Assembly: GCA_034181285.1 (NCBI GenBank)
Contig: JAXFND010000002.1
Location: 104,379-168,378 of the forward strand
Direction: 5' to 3'
Length of the DNA stretch: 64,000 nucleotides
Origin: Porphyromonas sp.
GTDB taxonomy: Bacteria > Bacteroidota > Bacteroidia > Bacteroidales > Porphyromonadaceae
A program made the position numbers and the translations under genes. Below, in pieces: positions 20,652-31,027 of the stretch (position 1 is the stretch's first letter; every line of letters starts with the position of its first letter). The notes below the pieces were generated by a model. That model ran no database searches. It was given only the letters and a program-made list of their open reading frames with translations, and was not told where the DNA came from.

Positions 20652-22010
20652 ATGAACGAGCCAATTACGACAAAAAGTACCAAACTCCTATACATCGAGA
20701 CCTACGGTTGTCAAATGAATGTGGCAGATAGCGAGGTCGTAGCCTCAATCATGCAGATGGCCGGATATGTGCAAGTGGAGCACCCCGAAAAGGCCGATGC
20801 TATCCTTATCAATACTTGTTCAGTGCGTGACAACGCCGAGCAACGAGTGATCCACAGGATAGATCAGCTCAAAGCCCTGAGACGTAAACAGCGTAGACAA
20901 ATTGCAATCGGAGTGCTTGGCTGTATGGCTGAGCGCGTGCAGCAAGAACTCATTGAGCAGCATGGAGTCGATCTGGTAGCCGGCCCCGACAACTACCTCG
21001 ACCTCCCAAATCTGATTGCCGCTGTAGAGCGAGGAGAAAAGGCCATCAATGTGGAGCTGTCCAAACAGGAGACCTACAAGGATGTAATCCCCCTAAAGAT
21101 TGGAGGCGTGCGCATCTCCGGTTTTGTCTCTATCATGCGTGGGTGCAACAACTTTTGCTCTTACTGTATCGTCCCGTATACGCGTGGTCGGGAACGAAGT
21201 CGGGAAATAGAAAGTATCCTGAGCGAAGTGCGTGACCTTCGGGATAAGAATTTCCGAGAAATCACTTTGCTGGGACAAAATGTCAACTCCTACTCCTACA
21301 CCACTACGGAAGGTGAAGACATAAACTTTGCCTCCCTACTCTCTCTCGTAGCGAGGGAAGCCCCCGAGATGCGCATCCGATTTACCTCTCCCCATCCGAG
21401 GGATATGGGAGATGACGTGATCAACGTAATGGCTAATCACCCCAATATCTGTAAACACATCCACCTGCCAGCACAGAGCGGGAGCAATAAGATACTGAAG
21501 GCAATGAAGCGATGCTACACTCGCGAATGGTACTTGGATAGAGTAGCTGCGATTCGTCGTGTGATGCCAGATTGTGCTATCAGTAGTGATCTTTTCTGCG
21601 GATTCCACTCCGAAACAGAGGAGGACTTTCAGGAGACCCTATCCCTTATGCGAGAAGTTGGCTACGACTCATCGTTTATGTTTAAGTATAGCGAACGACC
21701 GGGAACCTACGCAGCCAAACACCTCCCCGATGATGTACCAGAAGAAGTCAAGGGGCGTCGATTGGCCGAGATGATCGACTTACAAAATCAACTTAGCGAG
21801 GAAAGTAATCGTCGGGATATAGGAAAAGTCTACGAAGTGCTGATAGAGGGATTCAGCAAGCGAAGCCGTGAACAGTTGTTCGGCCGTACTGGCCAAAATA
21901 AGGTGGTTGTGTTTGATAAAGCCGGCCATCGTGTGGGACAGTATGTTCGAGTGCGCATCGAAGAAGCCAGTAGTGCGACTCTTCTCGGTACCGTGGTCGA
22001 AAGCGACTGA
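20652..22010 (+). CDS. miaB: tRNA-i6A37 methylthiotransferase MiaB
   Basis: N-terminal YIETYGCQMN, radical-SAM GCNNFCSYCIVP, C-terminal TRAM domain. Confidence 0.9.
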   Translation: MNEPITTKSTKLLYIETYGCQMNVADSEVVASIMQMAGYVQVEHPEKADAILINTCSVRDNAEQRVIHRIDQLKALRRKQRRQIAIGVLGCMAERVQQELIEQHGVDLVAGPDNYLDLPNLIAAVERGEKAINVELSKQETYKDVIPLKIGGVRISGFVSIMRGCNNFCSYCIVPYTRGRERSREIESILSEVRDLRDKNFREITLLGQNVNSYSYTTTEGEDINFASLLSLVAREAPEMRIRFTSPHPRDMGDDVINVMANHPNICKHIHLPAQSGSNKILKAMKRCYTREWYLDRVAAIRRVMPDCAISSDLFCGFHSETEEDFQETLSLMREVGYDSSFMFKYSERPGTYAAKHLPDDVPEEVKGRRLAEMIDLQNQLSEESNRRDIGKVYEVLIEGFSKRSREQLFGRTGQNKVVVFDKAGHRVGQYVRVRIEEASSATLLGTVVESD

Positions 22011-22051
22011 CGGGAATCCGTCTGTAAACCCCAAGAATGTCATAGAATCCA

Positions 22052-22459
22052 ATGATAAAACCTAAGCTATTCTACACGATAGGTGAAGTGGCTCGCATGC
22101 TGGACGAGCCAATCAGCACTATACGACATTGGGAGAAGCTCATGCCTGAACTCAGGCCAGGAACTTCACGTCGTGGCACTCGGCTCTACAAACAGGGAGA
22201 TATCGATCGCTTGATGTCGCTGAGGATCCTTCTCCGTGAACAAGGGCTTACAATAGAGGGAGCAAAACGAATGATGACCACTCATGGATCGGGCGTGGAG
22301 AACCGAGCTAAAGCTTTGATACTATTGCGTAATGTGCGCTCACAGCTCTACGACCTACGCAAGGCCCTTGACCAAACAGAGCGGAAGAGTATGCTCAGTC
22401 GGATAGCTGGCGAACTGCAGCTGGAAGGTCTTTTGGATGCCGAAGATGAGCAAATCTGA
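22052..22459 (+). CDS. MerR-family transcriptional regulator
   Basis: N-terminal HTH YTIGEVARMLDEPISTIRHWEK followed by a coiled C-terminus. Confidence 0.75.
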   Translation: MIKPKLFYTIGEVARMLDEPISTIRHWEKLMPELRPGTSRRGTRLYKQGDIDRLMSLRILLREQGLTIEGAKRMMTTHGSGVENRAKALILLRNVRSQLYDLRKALDQTERKSMLSRIAGELQLEGLLDAEDEQI

Positions 22460-22505
22460 GCAGAGCTATTGACATATCTCTCTGTCGGATATATCGTGCA
22501 AAAAG

Positions 22506-22544
22506 AACAAGGGCTGCCCCTATCCTGTGGAGACAGCCCTTGTT
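22506..22544. terminator. Hairpin between convergent merR-like and TonB-receptor genes
   Basis: 11-bp stem AACAAGGGCTG/CAGCCCTTGTT with a 17-nt loop. Confidence 0.4.
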
Positions 22545-22562
22545 GGGTATGGCAAGATTATT

Positions 22563-25160
22563 TCAAAAGGCAAATCGACAACCCATGTACCCACTCCGAG
22601 GAGCAGAGGGTCCATATATATAGGCACTGTCGCGGGCTGCGCCCCTATCGTAATCCTTTTGTCGAGAATCAAGGATATTGTTCATCCCCGCATAGACTTC
22701 CACATTGGTCGTAGTGAACATCCTGAACGCATAAGCAATTTTGAAGCCCAGATCAAAAAAGCTTGGCGTTTTGGTTAGTTCATCGATGCGTACAGACCTG
22801 TTTGCTTCGTCTACACCATGTGCAGCAAAATAGGTAGCGAATTTATCTGCATTGTTGCCCGCTTTTATATCACTCTCGGCCACTCCCGCGCCATATTCAA
22901 TTGCGTGCGGCGCGTACATCGGTCCTGTGATTGTACCCGAGAGCGATAATTGCAAACGCTTGATAGGCTCGTATCCCACTGTGAAGTAGCCATAAGCTGA
23001 TGGTGTACGCAGGATGCGTCTATCGGTTAGCTTATTGTTCTTCACCTTGTTTTCATCATCAAGAGCGGGCATACCATCGGGCATAAACTCCGCATACTCA
23101 CCATATTCTTCAGGTTTATCGTACAAATTTTTCGCATAGGTGAATCCTCCTTGAATTTGGAGCTTACGCCAAGCAAACTTCGCCTCTACATTTACGCCAT
23201 ACACCTTAGCTCCCTGACTATTGGTACGTAGCAGTCGTTTCACGCCATCGTTTACCGAGGGCTGCTCCTCATTCACAAAAACATCAGTGATCCTGTTGTA
23301 AAAACCTTCTACCAGGAGGTTGCTACTCACCTCTCCAAAGTTGCCATAAAGATCCGCGCTCACATTAAACGAATGGCTGGTCTCCGGCTTGAGGTTTTTG
23401 CCGTTCACGACTTTTTTTGCCTCACCTCCAACAACACTGACGTGTAGATCTTCATCAAAAATTTGAGGTGCACGGAAACCTTTTGCATAGGAGGCTCGGA
23501 GATTGACATCTTTGGTAGGATTGTAACGAAGTGTGGCACGCGGGCTAAAGATCGGCCTACCTACTATAGAGTGCTCGTCCAATCGACCCCCAAGAAGGAT
23601 GGACAGGAGATCATTCTTCCATTCGATCTGAGCCAACTGACTCCAATTGTGCAAAGTCTGATGGATGGAGGGGAAAGCTGGTACGAGCTTGCCATTCTCC
23701 ATAATTGGATTGTTGTCTTTATCTGTCCTATTGTGCCACATCCGCAAAGGCATTTCGTCGTCTAGTTTGTCGTAGACATACTCAACACCGAGCAGTAACT
23801 CCGCAGGGAGGAAAAAGAGTTTCTGAAAATCGTACGTGTATTGCACTCCTCCCATATAGGTACGACCGTTTGTCACACCATAGTTGTCTCCATAGAGTTC
23901 TTTGGGCAAAGGTTTGCCTAGAATCCCGATACTTTGCCCAAGCTCATCGCCTTTATCTTCCAATCCTCCATAGTAGCTATTGCGATCGACAATCTGTCCT
24001 GAAGCGAAAAGCTGCAAGTGCTGCAAATAGTCTTGAGAGAAGAGGTCTAATTTCACATTGCCACTATAGATACTATGGTCCAAATGCTCCGACACGGCTG
24101 CTGCATGGTCGGGCAAACGAAAATGGTCTCCACCTCGCCTATACTCCTGTGTGGTATGAATGTCACCGGAGAGTTTGGTGTAATCACTGGGCTTGATATA
24201 AGCATGAGTACCCAAAGTACGTGAATTCAGTTTGCCCAACTCGCTAAAGCCATCACCATTGGCGTCCCAAGGCTCACGATATCGGGATTGCCCGTAGGCC
24301 ATTGCTCCCGACCGATTGTCTACGCTGACCAGAGATGCATTGAAGCTGAGGTTATTGTCTGGATTTCTCATGCCTGTAAAGGAGAGAGACTCATTGAATG
24401 AGAAGCTATTCCCAACCGGCTCTTTGGTGATGATGTTCACTACACCTCCAATAGCCGAGGAGCCAAATAGAGCCGATCCTCCCCCTCGCACAACTTCCAC
24501 GCGATCCACCATGTTTGTGGGGATCTGCTCAATCCCATAGACTCCGGCTAGGGCACTAAAGATCGGTCGACTATCGATCAGAATTTGAGAGTAACGGCCA
24601 TCAAGCCCATTGATACGCACCTGATTAAAGCCACAATTCTGGCAATTATTCTCTACTCGTACCCCAGGCTGGAAAGATAGCCCCTGCATCAGGTTATTCG
24701 CGTTGACTCGACCAAAGAGCTTGTCGTCCACAATTGTCACAATTGTAGGAGCCACGCGTCTAAGGGTTACCTGTCTGTTGGCAGATACCACGACCCCATC
24801 AATGCTCACCGCATCTTCTTCCGCCTCAAAATTGACTTCCAGGAGTTTGTTTCGTTCCACCATCACCTCTCGCTCTTGGCTCCGATACCCTACTCCACGC
24901 ATCAGCAATGTCACTCGACCAGCTTTGAGGTGGCGCAAAAAGTAATGTCCTGTAGCATCGGTAGAAGTTCCGAAAGTAGTCCCTTTGATCTGAATCGTCA
25001 TTCCTGGGAGATGCTCCTTGGTTACAGCATCTATCACGTGACCGATAATGTTGGCATCAGACGGGACTACTCCACTCCCCTCAGCGACTATTGAGCAGTG
25101 AGCCTTATGGCTGCATAATGAAACAGTTAATAGAAATAATAATAGCAGGTTTCTTTTCAT
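22563..25160 (-). CDS. TonB-dependent outer-membrane receptor with CarboxypepD_reg-like N-domain
   Basis: Signal peptide from MKRNLLLLFLL (start moved to this ATG), plug region, terminal beta-strand ending ..GCRFAF. Confidence 0.85.
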   Translation of the reverse strand: MKRNLLLLFLLTVSLCSHKAHCSIVAEGSGVVPSDANIIGHVIDAVTKEHLPGMTIQIKGTTFGTSTDATGHYFLRHLKAGRVTLLMRGVGYRSQEREVMVERNKLLEVNFEAEEDAVSIDGVVVSANRQVTLRRVAPTIVTIVDDKLFGRVNANNLMQGLSFQPGVRVENNCQNCGFNQVRINGLDGRYSQILIDSRPIFSALAGVYGIEQIPTNMVDRVEVVRGGGSALFGSSAIGGVVNIITKEPVGNSFSFNESLSFTGMRNPDNNLSFNASLVSVDNRSGAMAYGQSRYREPWDANGDGFSELGKLNSRTLGTHAYIKPSDYTKLSGDIHTTQEYRRGGDHFRLPDHAAAVSEHLDHSIYSGNVKLDLFSQDYLQHLQLFASGQIVDRNSYYGGLEDKGDELGQSIGILGKPLPKELYGDNYGVTNGRTYMGGVQYTYDFQKLFFLPAELLLGVEYVYDKLDDEMPLRMWHNRTDKDNNPIMENGKLVPAFPSIHQTLHNWSQLAQIEWKNDLLSILLGGRLDEHSIVGRPIFSPRATLRYNPTKDVNLRASYAKGFRAPQIFDEDLHVSVVGGEAKKVVNGKNLKPETSHSFNVSADLYGNFGEVSSNLLVEGFYNRITDVFVNEEQPSVNDGVKRLLRTNSQGAKVYGVNVEAKFAWRKLQIQGGFTYAKNLYDKPEEYGEYAEFMPDGMPALDDENKVKNNKLTDRRILRTPSAYGYFTVGYEPIKRLQLSLSGTITGPMYAPHAIEYGAGVAESDIKAGNNADKFATYFAAHGVDEANRSVRIDELTKTPSFFDLGFKIAYAFRMFTTTNVEVYAGMNNILDSRQKDYDRGAARDSAYIYGPSAPRSGYMGCRFAF

Positions 25161-25475
25161 AAGAGATTTAGATTTGTTGTTCACCACAAAGTTATGGAGC
25201 ACCCCAAACCAGCACATAACTATCTTTAAGGATTATAATCCAAAAGCATTGCAATACAGTAACTATTATGGGTGAAATTGCTTGCCTTGCAAACGGATTC
25301 CGTTCTTTTTGTGGCAGAAAGCGGCATTTGATCTTTTGTAAATGGGCTAAGCAAAACACCTCTAAGGAGAAACAAACGATCAAGAGCAAGACACGAACTA
25401 GGTCACGCAAAGGAAATGCGAATAAAATTGAGAACAGCAGAAACCGGAGCCGGAGGGAAAAGGCAAGGATAAACT

Positions 25476-26613
25476 TCAGAGGGCAAGTAGGCTACGACGA
25501 GTGTCAGTGTCCAAACGTTCTATTGCATACCGGAGAGTAGTACGTGGCATTTTCGCCACTGTCAGTTCCAAAAAATTAAGCATTCGACTCTCATCTCTCT
25601 TTCCTACTTCACGCAACATCCATCCCATGGCTTTATGAATAAGATGGTGTTGGTGAGAAAGATTTGCCTCTACAACTCGTAAAGTTGGATCCAATATTCC
25701 CTGACGAATGAGCCCAAGAGTTGAAACAATTCCGATGCGCTTGATCCATAAATCACTGGATAGAGCCATTGAATAGATCTCTTCGTAACAAAGACGCTCA
25801 GAGAGACCGATCAGATCATCAAAAGGATAGAGCCATTGAATAGATCTCTTCGTAACCCATCCCTTTGAGGTAGGCGTATGAGCCAATCAGATGGGGAGCT
25901 GATAGATCGACCAGATCCCAATTGTTGATTCCTCTGAGGTGCTGTACGTAGTAGTCATGAAGCCGTTCTTTATCCGCCATTGCCTTGCTTCGCACAAACT
26001 GCTCCTTCAAGGCAATTACTGCCAACATGCGTAAATCATGGATCGGATGAGAGATAAGTTCATTGAGCAAAGGCTGAGAGAAAGGCCCCAACACTTGCTC
26101 TTGACAACGAAGATCCGGCATAGATAGCGGTAGCACAAGATCGTCCGAAGCATAACTGCCTGGTTTGATTCCTAATACTCGCTCTACAAAGGGCTTGTCT
26201 ACTGCGGGGCGTTTCTTAGGGTCCAGGTAACGATGAATATCCTGAGCTGTAGCAGCAAGATCGGAGGCCAATGGATCTCTCGATATTAACTTGGCAGCAT
26301 AATCGCAGGCCGATAGGAGCTTCATTTCCTTTGAACGAGTGTAGTCGACACTCTTGCACAACAACTCCCAACCAACACCTTGCCCTCGAAACGGAGGAGC
26401 AACCACAGTGTGTAATATCTTTAAGAAGCACCCTTCTATCTCTACGACCTCTACATAACCACGTTCCTCTCCGGAGGGAGAGAGAGCATGGAAACGAAAT
26501 GGCTTGCTCGGAAAGATATTCGGACTGGAGTAGCGTCGGAGATAAATCATGGGTGACAAGTGGTATTCGGGGAAAAGCGACAGAGACAGATCTCGGTAGT
26601 GATTGCTCCTCAC
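25476..26613 (-). pseudogene. GNAT-like / AlkD-like DNA alkylation repair fusion gene split by a 67-bp insertion
   Basis: ORFs 25819..26613 and 25476..25886 both encode YEEIYSMALS. Removing 67 bp gives one 1071-nt (357-codon) frame. Confidence 0.6.
25758..25856. repeat. 32-bp perfect direct repeat pair flanking 35 bp (67-bp period)
   Basis: GGATAGAGCCATTGAATAGATCTCTTCGTAAC occurs at 25758-25789 and at 25825-25856. Confidence 0.9.
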
Positions 26614-27341
26614 TCAGTTGGTAGAGCAGCCATGATTCTATCCTTAGCGACTTGGGTGGCTAAGAGCAGTGATCGTGGCTTTTCTCCAAACTCGGAGACT
26701 CTCAATTCGGGATGGATTGTAAGCTCAAGACGAGTTGGATGAGGGAGCAAATCACCGATGGGTAGTACACGATACGAACCATTAATGCTGACAGGCAGAA
26801 TCGGGACATCCAACTCATCGGCCATCATCACAGCCCCTTTCTTGAATCGACCTATCTTGCCATCATGTGTACGACTTCCCTCAGGGAATATGAAAATTGA
26901 GGTTTTCTCACGCAGCACTTGTTTAGCTTGGGACATTGTCTGTTGTATCGAACTGGGCTTGCTATCGTCTACAAAGATAAAGCCCGCATATTGGCAGGCC
27001 AATCCCACAAAGGGAATCTTACGTATACCGACCTTCATCACCCAACGAAAGGCAATACCCAAATAGCCGTACATCATGAAAATATCGAAAGCCCCCTGAT
27101 GATTTGCCACCACCACATAGTTCTGCCCTTTACGAATATGTTCTTTCCCTCGGACATCAATACGACAGCCCGACAAAAGAAGTGCCGAACGAGACCAAAT
27201 CATGCCAGGATAGTAAGCAAAGATGCGCCTGCCTCCGAGCGAGCACCCAACCACCGTAACAAAGGTGGAAAGAATCGTGATGACGACAAACAAGGGGAAA
27301 GCAATCAAGCAGAAATAGATCAGGTATAGAAAACGAAGCAT
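26610..27341 (-). CDS. plsC: 1-acyl-sn-glycerol-3-phosphate acyltransferase
   Basis: HX4D motif (NHQGAFD) and FPEGSRT motif, with an N-terminal TM helix. Confidence 0.8.
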   Translation of the reverse strand: MLRFLYLIYFCLIAFPLFVVITILSTFVTVVGCSLGGRRIFAYYPGMIWSRSALLLSGCRIDVRGKEHIRKGQNYVVVANHQGAFDIFMMYGYLGIAFRWVMKVGIRKIPFVGLACQYAGFIFVDDSKPSSIQQTMSQAKQVLREKTSIFIFPEGSRTHDGKIGRFKKGAVMMADELDVPILPVSINGSYRVLPIGDLLPHPTRLELTIHPELRVSEFGEKPRSLLLATQVAKDRIMAALPTE

Positions 27342-27370
27342 GGTTTACGAGGCTTTGGGTTAATTGAGTA

Positions 27371-28291
27371 TTACTGTCGATTGAATTGTTTTCGCCGAAG
27401 CTTGAAATCTTTGCCTAAATACTTCTCTCGCACGATCTTATTCTCAGCCAACTCCTCAGCCGACCCCTGAAAAAGGACTTTCCCCTCAAATAGGAGGTAA
27501 GCCCTATCAGTAATACTAAGTGTCTCATAAACGTTGTGGTCGGTGATCAGGATACCGATGTTTTTATCTTTTAGACCAGCCACAATGTGCTGGATATCCT
27601 GTACTGCGATGGGGTCTACACCGGCAAAAGGTTCATCAAGCATGATAAACTTCGGATCAATAGCGAGACAACGAGCGATCTCAGCGCGTCTACGCTCACC
27701 TCCCGAGAGACGATTCCCGTGATTCTTTCGTACCTTCTCCAGATGAAACTCGGCAATTAAACTTTCAAGTTTCTCTCTCTGCTCCTCACGGCTCTTGTCT
27801 GTCATCTCCAGCACAGCTCGTATGTTGTCCTCAACCGACAGTTTGCGGAAAATCGAGGCCTCCTGAGCCAAATATCCAATGCCGGACTGTGCTCTCTTAT
27901 AGACGGGATACTGGGTGATGTCCGTATCATTGAGGAAGATACGCCCCTCATTGGGCACGACCAAGCCGGTCGTCATATAAAAAGTTGTCGTTTTACCGGC
28001 TCCATTCGGGCCAAGCACTCCTACAATCTCTCCCTGATGAAGTTCGATAGAGACATGATTGACTACCGTACGATTACGATACCGCTTGACCAAATTCTCC
28101 GTCCGAAGTACCAATGGTTTCTGAGGCTCCTTTTCCCCATCCCCTGCATGATTGAAAGATTCCGGCAAAGCGAGTTCTCCTCGCTCATCATCCGGCCGAT
28201 CGCTTCGTCCTACTCCATTCCCAAGAGAGACATCGTAGTCGGGATCTTCCGCCAAATTGGGCTGCAAACCGAGAGTTGAATTGTCGTTCAT
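27371..28291 (-). CDS. lptB: LPS export ABC transporter ATP-binding protein LptB (with ~60-aa acidic N-terminal extension)
   Basis: Walker [10 protein letters not shown], signature LSGGERRR, Walker B FIMLDEP. Start placed at MNDNST; the ORF remains open up to 28513. Confidence 0.75.
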   Translation of the reverse strand: MNDNSTLGLQPNLAEDPDYDVSLGNGVGRSDRPDDERGELALPESFNHAGDGEKEPQKPLVLRTENLVKRYRNRTVVNHVSIELHQGEIVGVLGPNGAGKTTTFYMTTGLVVPNEGRIFLNDTDITQYPVYKRAQSGIGYLAQEASIFRKLSVEDNIRAVLEMTDKSREEQREKLESLIAEFHLEKVRKNHGNRLSGGERRRAEIARCLAIDPKFIMLDEPFAGVDPIAVQDIQHIVAGLKDKNIGILITDHNVYETLSITDRAYLLFEGKVLFQGSAEELAENKIVREKYLGKDFKLRRKQFNRQ

Positions 28292-28688
28292 ACCAAGGCA
28301 CTGAGTTGCAGCGCAAATATAGGTAGAACTTTTGGTTGAATAACCGACCGAAAAGGGCAAAAACAAGGCAAAAATCAGCAGGGAAAGAGATGCCCTCTCC
28401 CATTGCATCTGTGGTATCCATACTTTTGCTACCAAGCAACCAAAATCTGTAACGGGAGAGAAGAATTGCTTCGACCCGTCAAAGCTTTTATTCTCACGCG
28501 TCGGAGGTTTCACTGCATCGTGTGAGAATTTTCATTCAGAGAAGTTCTCCCACCAAGCCTCTTGTGTTCGCCTCTCGGATCGATGGTGAGAGCTGACTGT
28601 TCCAAGGGGTGCTGTGTCCTCACATTGGATGACTTGCTAAGAAGCCGTAACCCTCATTTTACTCTTTGGGCATATGCCTCCTTAGTGC

Positions 28689-28696
28689 TATCTTTG
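28689..28696 (+). promoter_or_regulatory. -7 promoter box (TATCTTTG) upstream of asd
   Basis: Exact TAnnTTTG about 85 nt upstream of the asd ATG. Confidence 0.4.
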
Positions 28697-28779
28697 GCGT
28701 GGAGCTTGCCGTGCATACGATCGAGAGGTGTGGCAATACTCGCAAGATATTGAATGTACTATAAAATGCAATTGAATCA

Positions 28780-29811
28780 ATGGACAGACAACTAAATATT
28801 GCCATCGTGGGAGCAAGTGGTGCTGTTGGGCAGGAATTACTGAACGTTTTGGCTCAGCGTCAATTTCCCATCAGGAACCTCTTTCTTTTCGGATCAGAAC
28901 GCTCAGCCGGTAGCACCTATGCTTTCGAAGGCAAGGAGTATTGCGTACAACTACTCAGACACGAGCCGGAGGATTTCCGAGGGATCGACATTGCATTCTG
29001 CTCGGCTGGGGGGTCGGTATCGACAGCCTTTGCTGATACCATCACCAAGTACGGCTGCCTGATGATTGACAACTCGAATGCATTCCGCATGGACGATGAA
29101 GTACCCTTGGTTGTTCCTGAGATCAATGCCACAGATGCCCTTCACCACCCCAAAGGGATCATTGCAAATCCTAACTGTACTACAATACAGATGGTTGTAG
29201 CTCTCGGTGCAATCGAAAAACTATCGCACATTCGCCGTGTACACATAGCAACCTACCAAGCGGCCAGTGGGGCCGGAGCTTCGGGGATGGCTGAATTGGA
29301 GCAACAAACCGAGCAGATCGCCAACGGTAGAGACGTGACAGTCAAAAAATTCGCTCACCAACTGATGTACAACTTGATCCCTCAAGTTGATGTCTTCCTG
29401 GACAACGACTATACCAAGGAAGAAATGAAGATGTACAATGAGACGCGTAAGATCATGCACAGCGATGTACAAGTGAGTGCCACCTGTGTACGTGTTCCTG
29501 TAATGCGCGCGCACAGCGAAGCTGTTTGGGTAGAATGTGAACGGTCCCTTACGATAGAGGAGGTGCGGAAAGCTTTCGCCGAAGCGGAAGGTGTCATGCT
29601 GATGGATGATCCTTCAAATGGTATCTACCCGATGCCTCTACCCACAGCCTTGCAAGACCCGGTGTATGTGGGGCGCATACGCAAAGACCTAGCTAATCCG
29701 CTGGGGATAACGTTTTGGTGTGTGTCCGACCAAATCCGCAAAGGTGCTGCCCTTAATGCAGTACAAATTGCTGAATGGTTGATCACTCAAAATGATTGGG
29801 ATAGGAGATAA
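28780..29811 (+). CDS. asd: Aspartate-semialdehyde dehydrogenase
   Basis: [12 protein letters not shown] Rossmann start and active-site NPNCTT segment. Confidence 0.9.
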   Translation: MDRQLNIAIVGASGAVGQELLNVLAQRQFPIRNLFLFGSERSAGSTYAFEGKEYCVQLLRHEPEDFRGIDIAFCSAGGSVSTAFADTITKYGCLMIDNSNAFRMDDEVPLVVPEINATDALHHPKGIIANPNCTTIQMVVALGAIEKLSHIRRVHIATYQAASGAGASGMAELEQQTEQIANGRDVTVKKFAHQLMYNLIPQVDVFLDNDYTKEEMKMYNETRKIMHSDVQVSATCVRVPVMRAHSEAVWVECERSLTIEEVRKAFAEAEGVMLMDDPSNGIYPMPLPTALQDPVYVGRIRKDLANPLGITFWCVSDQIRKGAALNAVQIAEWLITQNDWDRR

Positions 29812-29890
29812 TCCAAAACATTGTGTACCTTTCGGTGGGATTGAATAGCAACAAAGTGAGTCTAAACCTAAATACGGAAGGATTACAGTC

Positions 29891-31021
29891 ATGAGAACAA
29901 ACAACCTAATGCTCCTTTTGGGGGTGATCCTCATCGCCTCCGGAAGTTTGTACGCTCAAAGCAATGACCCCTATGCCGATGATGCCTACACAACTAGAGC
30001 TCACGCCAAAAGAGAATATCTGAAACAGGAAAAAGACTGGGAAGAGGCTCGTGCTCGAGCTTATACCAATACCAACGAAGACCAGGTCTACCCTTTTGCC
30101 AACAATGACGAACTCGATGCCTACAACAGGCGTAAAGCTGGTAAATCCGACTCGGTTAGACGTCCGAGTAGAGATCGCCAGCTCAAACAGCGTGGCTCGA
30201 GCAGACCAGGGCTGTACAGTAGACGGTTGAGCCGCTTCCACAATCCCGATGTTCGGGTAAGGAATGTAGATGAAGTAAATATCTACGTGAGCGAGTGTGA
30301 CCGCTATGATTACGAGAGTGGTTACTATGACGATGGTGACAGCTACATCAACATCCATGTAGGTGCCTCATGGGGCAGCTGCTACGACCCTTGGTGGCCT
30401 GGATTTGATCGTCCTGTATGGTATGGTTCTTGGTGGGGCTATCACCGGCCATTTTGGCATGTCGGTTGGCGATGGGGCTGGGATTATGGCTGGGGTGGTG
30501 TTTACTCTCCATGGGGACCATACTATGCCGGCTGGTGGAGTGCGTATCCCTACCCCGACAGTTGGTACTACAGTGGCTACTACCACGGTTACTACAACGG
30601 GTACAATCGCTATCGCCAAGATAACTATGGCCATGGAGCTCGCTCGAACAGTTATTACCAGAACCGGGACAGGTATAATGGTAGTCGCTCTACCTACGAG
30701 GGAGGGCGCAGTCGCTCTATCTTCAATGACAGAGGTAATCGGAATACCGGTCGAAGCAGGTACGAATACAATGGGAATCGCTACGACAGTCCATCCCGAA
30801 GTACATACAACAGCGATCGCCGCTACGATAGCCCGTCTCGGAGCACATACAACAGCAACCGTCGCTACGACAGCCCGTCTCGAAGTACGTACAATAGCAG
30901 TAATAGCCAGTATGACAGTCCATCCCGAAGTACGTACAGCAGTGGTGAAAGCTACTCTTCACCATCTCGGTCTTCCTCAAGCAGTTCCTCTTCTCGGTCT
31001 ACTTACACAAGAAGCAGATAA
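29891..31021 (+). CDS. Secreted W/Y/G-rich and Ser/Arg-repeat low-complexity protein
   Basis: Signal peptide MRTNNLMLLLGVILIASGSLYAQ, central WWGYHRPFWHVGWRWGWDYGWGG-type aromatic block, C-terminal RYDSPSRSTYNS repeats. Confidence 0.6.
   Translation: MRTNNLMLLLGVILIASGSLYAQSNDPYADDAYTTRAHAKREYLKQEKDWEEARARAYTNTNEDQVYPFANNDELDAYNRRKAGKSDSVRRPSRDRQLKQRGSSRPGLYSRRLSRFHNPDVRVRNVDEVNIYVSECDRYDYESGYYDDGDSYINIHVGASWGSCYDPWWPGFDRPVWYGSWWGYHRPFWHVGWRWGWDYGWGGVYSPWGPYYAGWWSAYPYPDSWYYSGYYHGYYNGYNRYRQDNYGHGARSNSYYQNRDRYNGSRSTYEGGRSRSIFNDRGNRNTGRSRYEYNGNRYDSPSRSTYNSDRRYDSPSRSTYNSNRRYDSPSRSTYNSSNSQYDSPSRSTYSSGESYSSPSRSSSSSSSSRSTYTRSR
30779..30975 (+). repeat. ~42-bp (14-aa) in-frame tandem repeats, about 4.5 copies
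   Basis: RYDSPSRSTYNSDR / RYDSPSRSTYNSNR / RYDSPSRSTYNSSNSQ / YDSPSRSTYSSGES / YSSPSRS. Confidence 0.85.
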
Positions 31022-31027
31022 GATCAA

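Noticed and set aside
27371-28513. Full 380-aa ORF for LptB including an N-terminal hydrophobic segment
   Set aside because: LptB homologs are about 240-260 aa. The internal ATG at 28291 already leaves a ~60-aa extension, so the longer form is probably not translated. This remains unverified.
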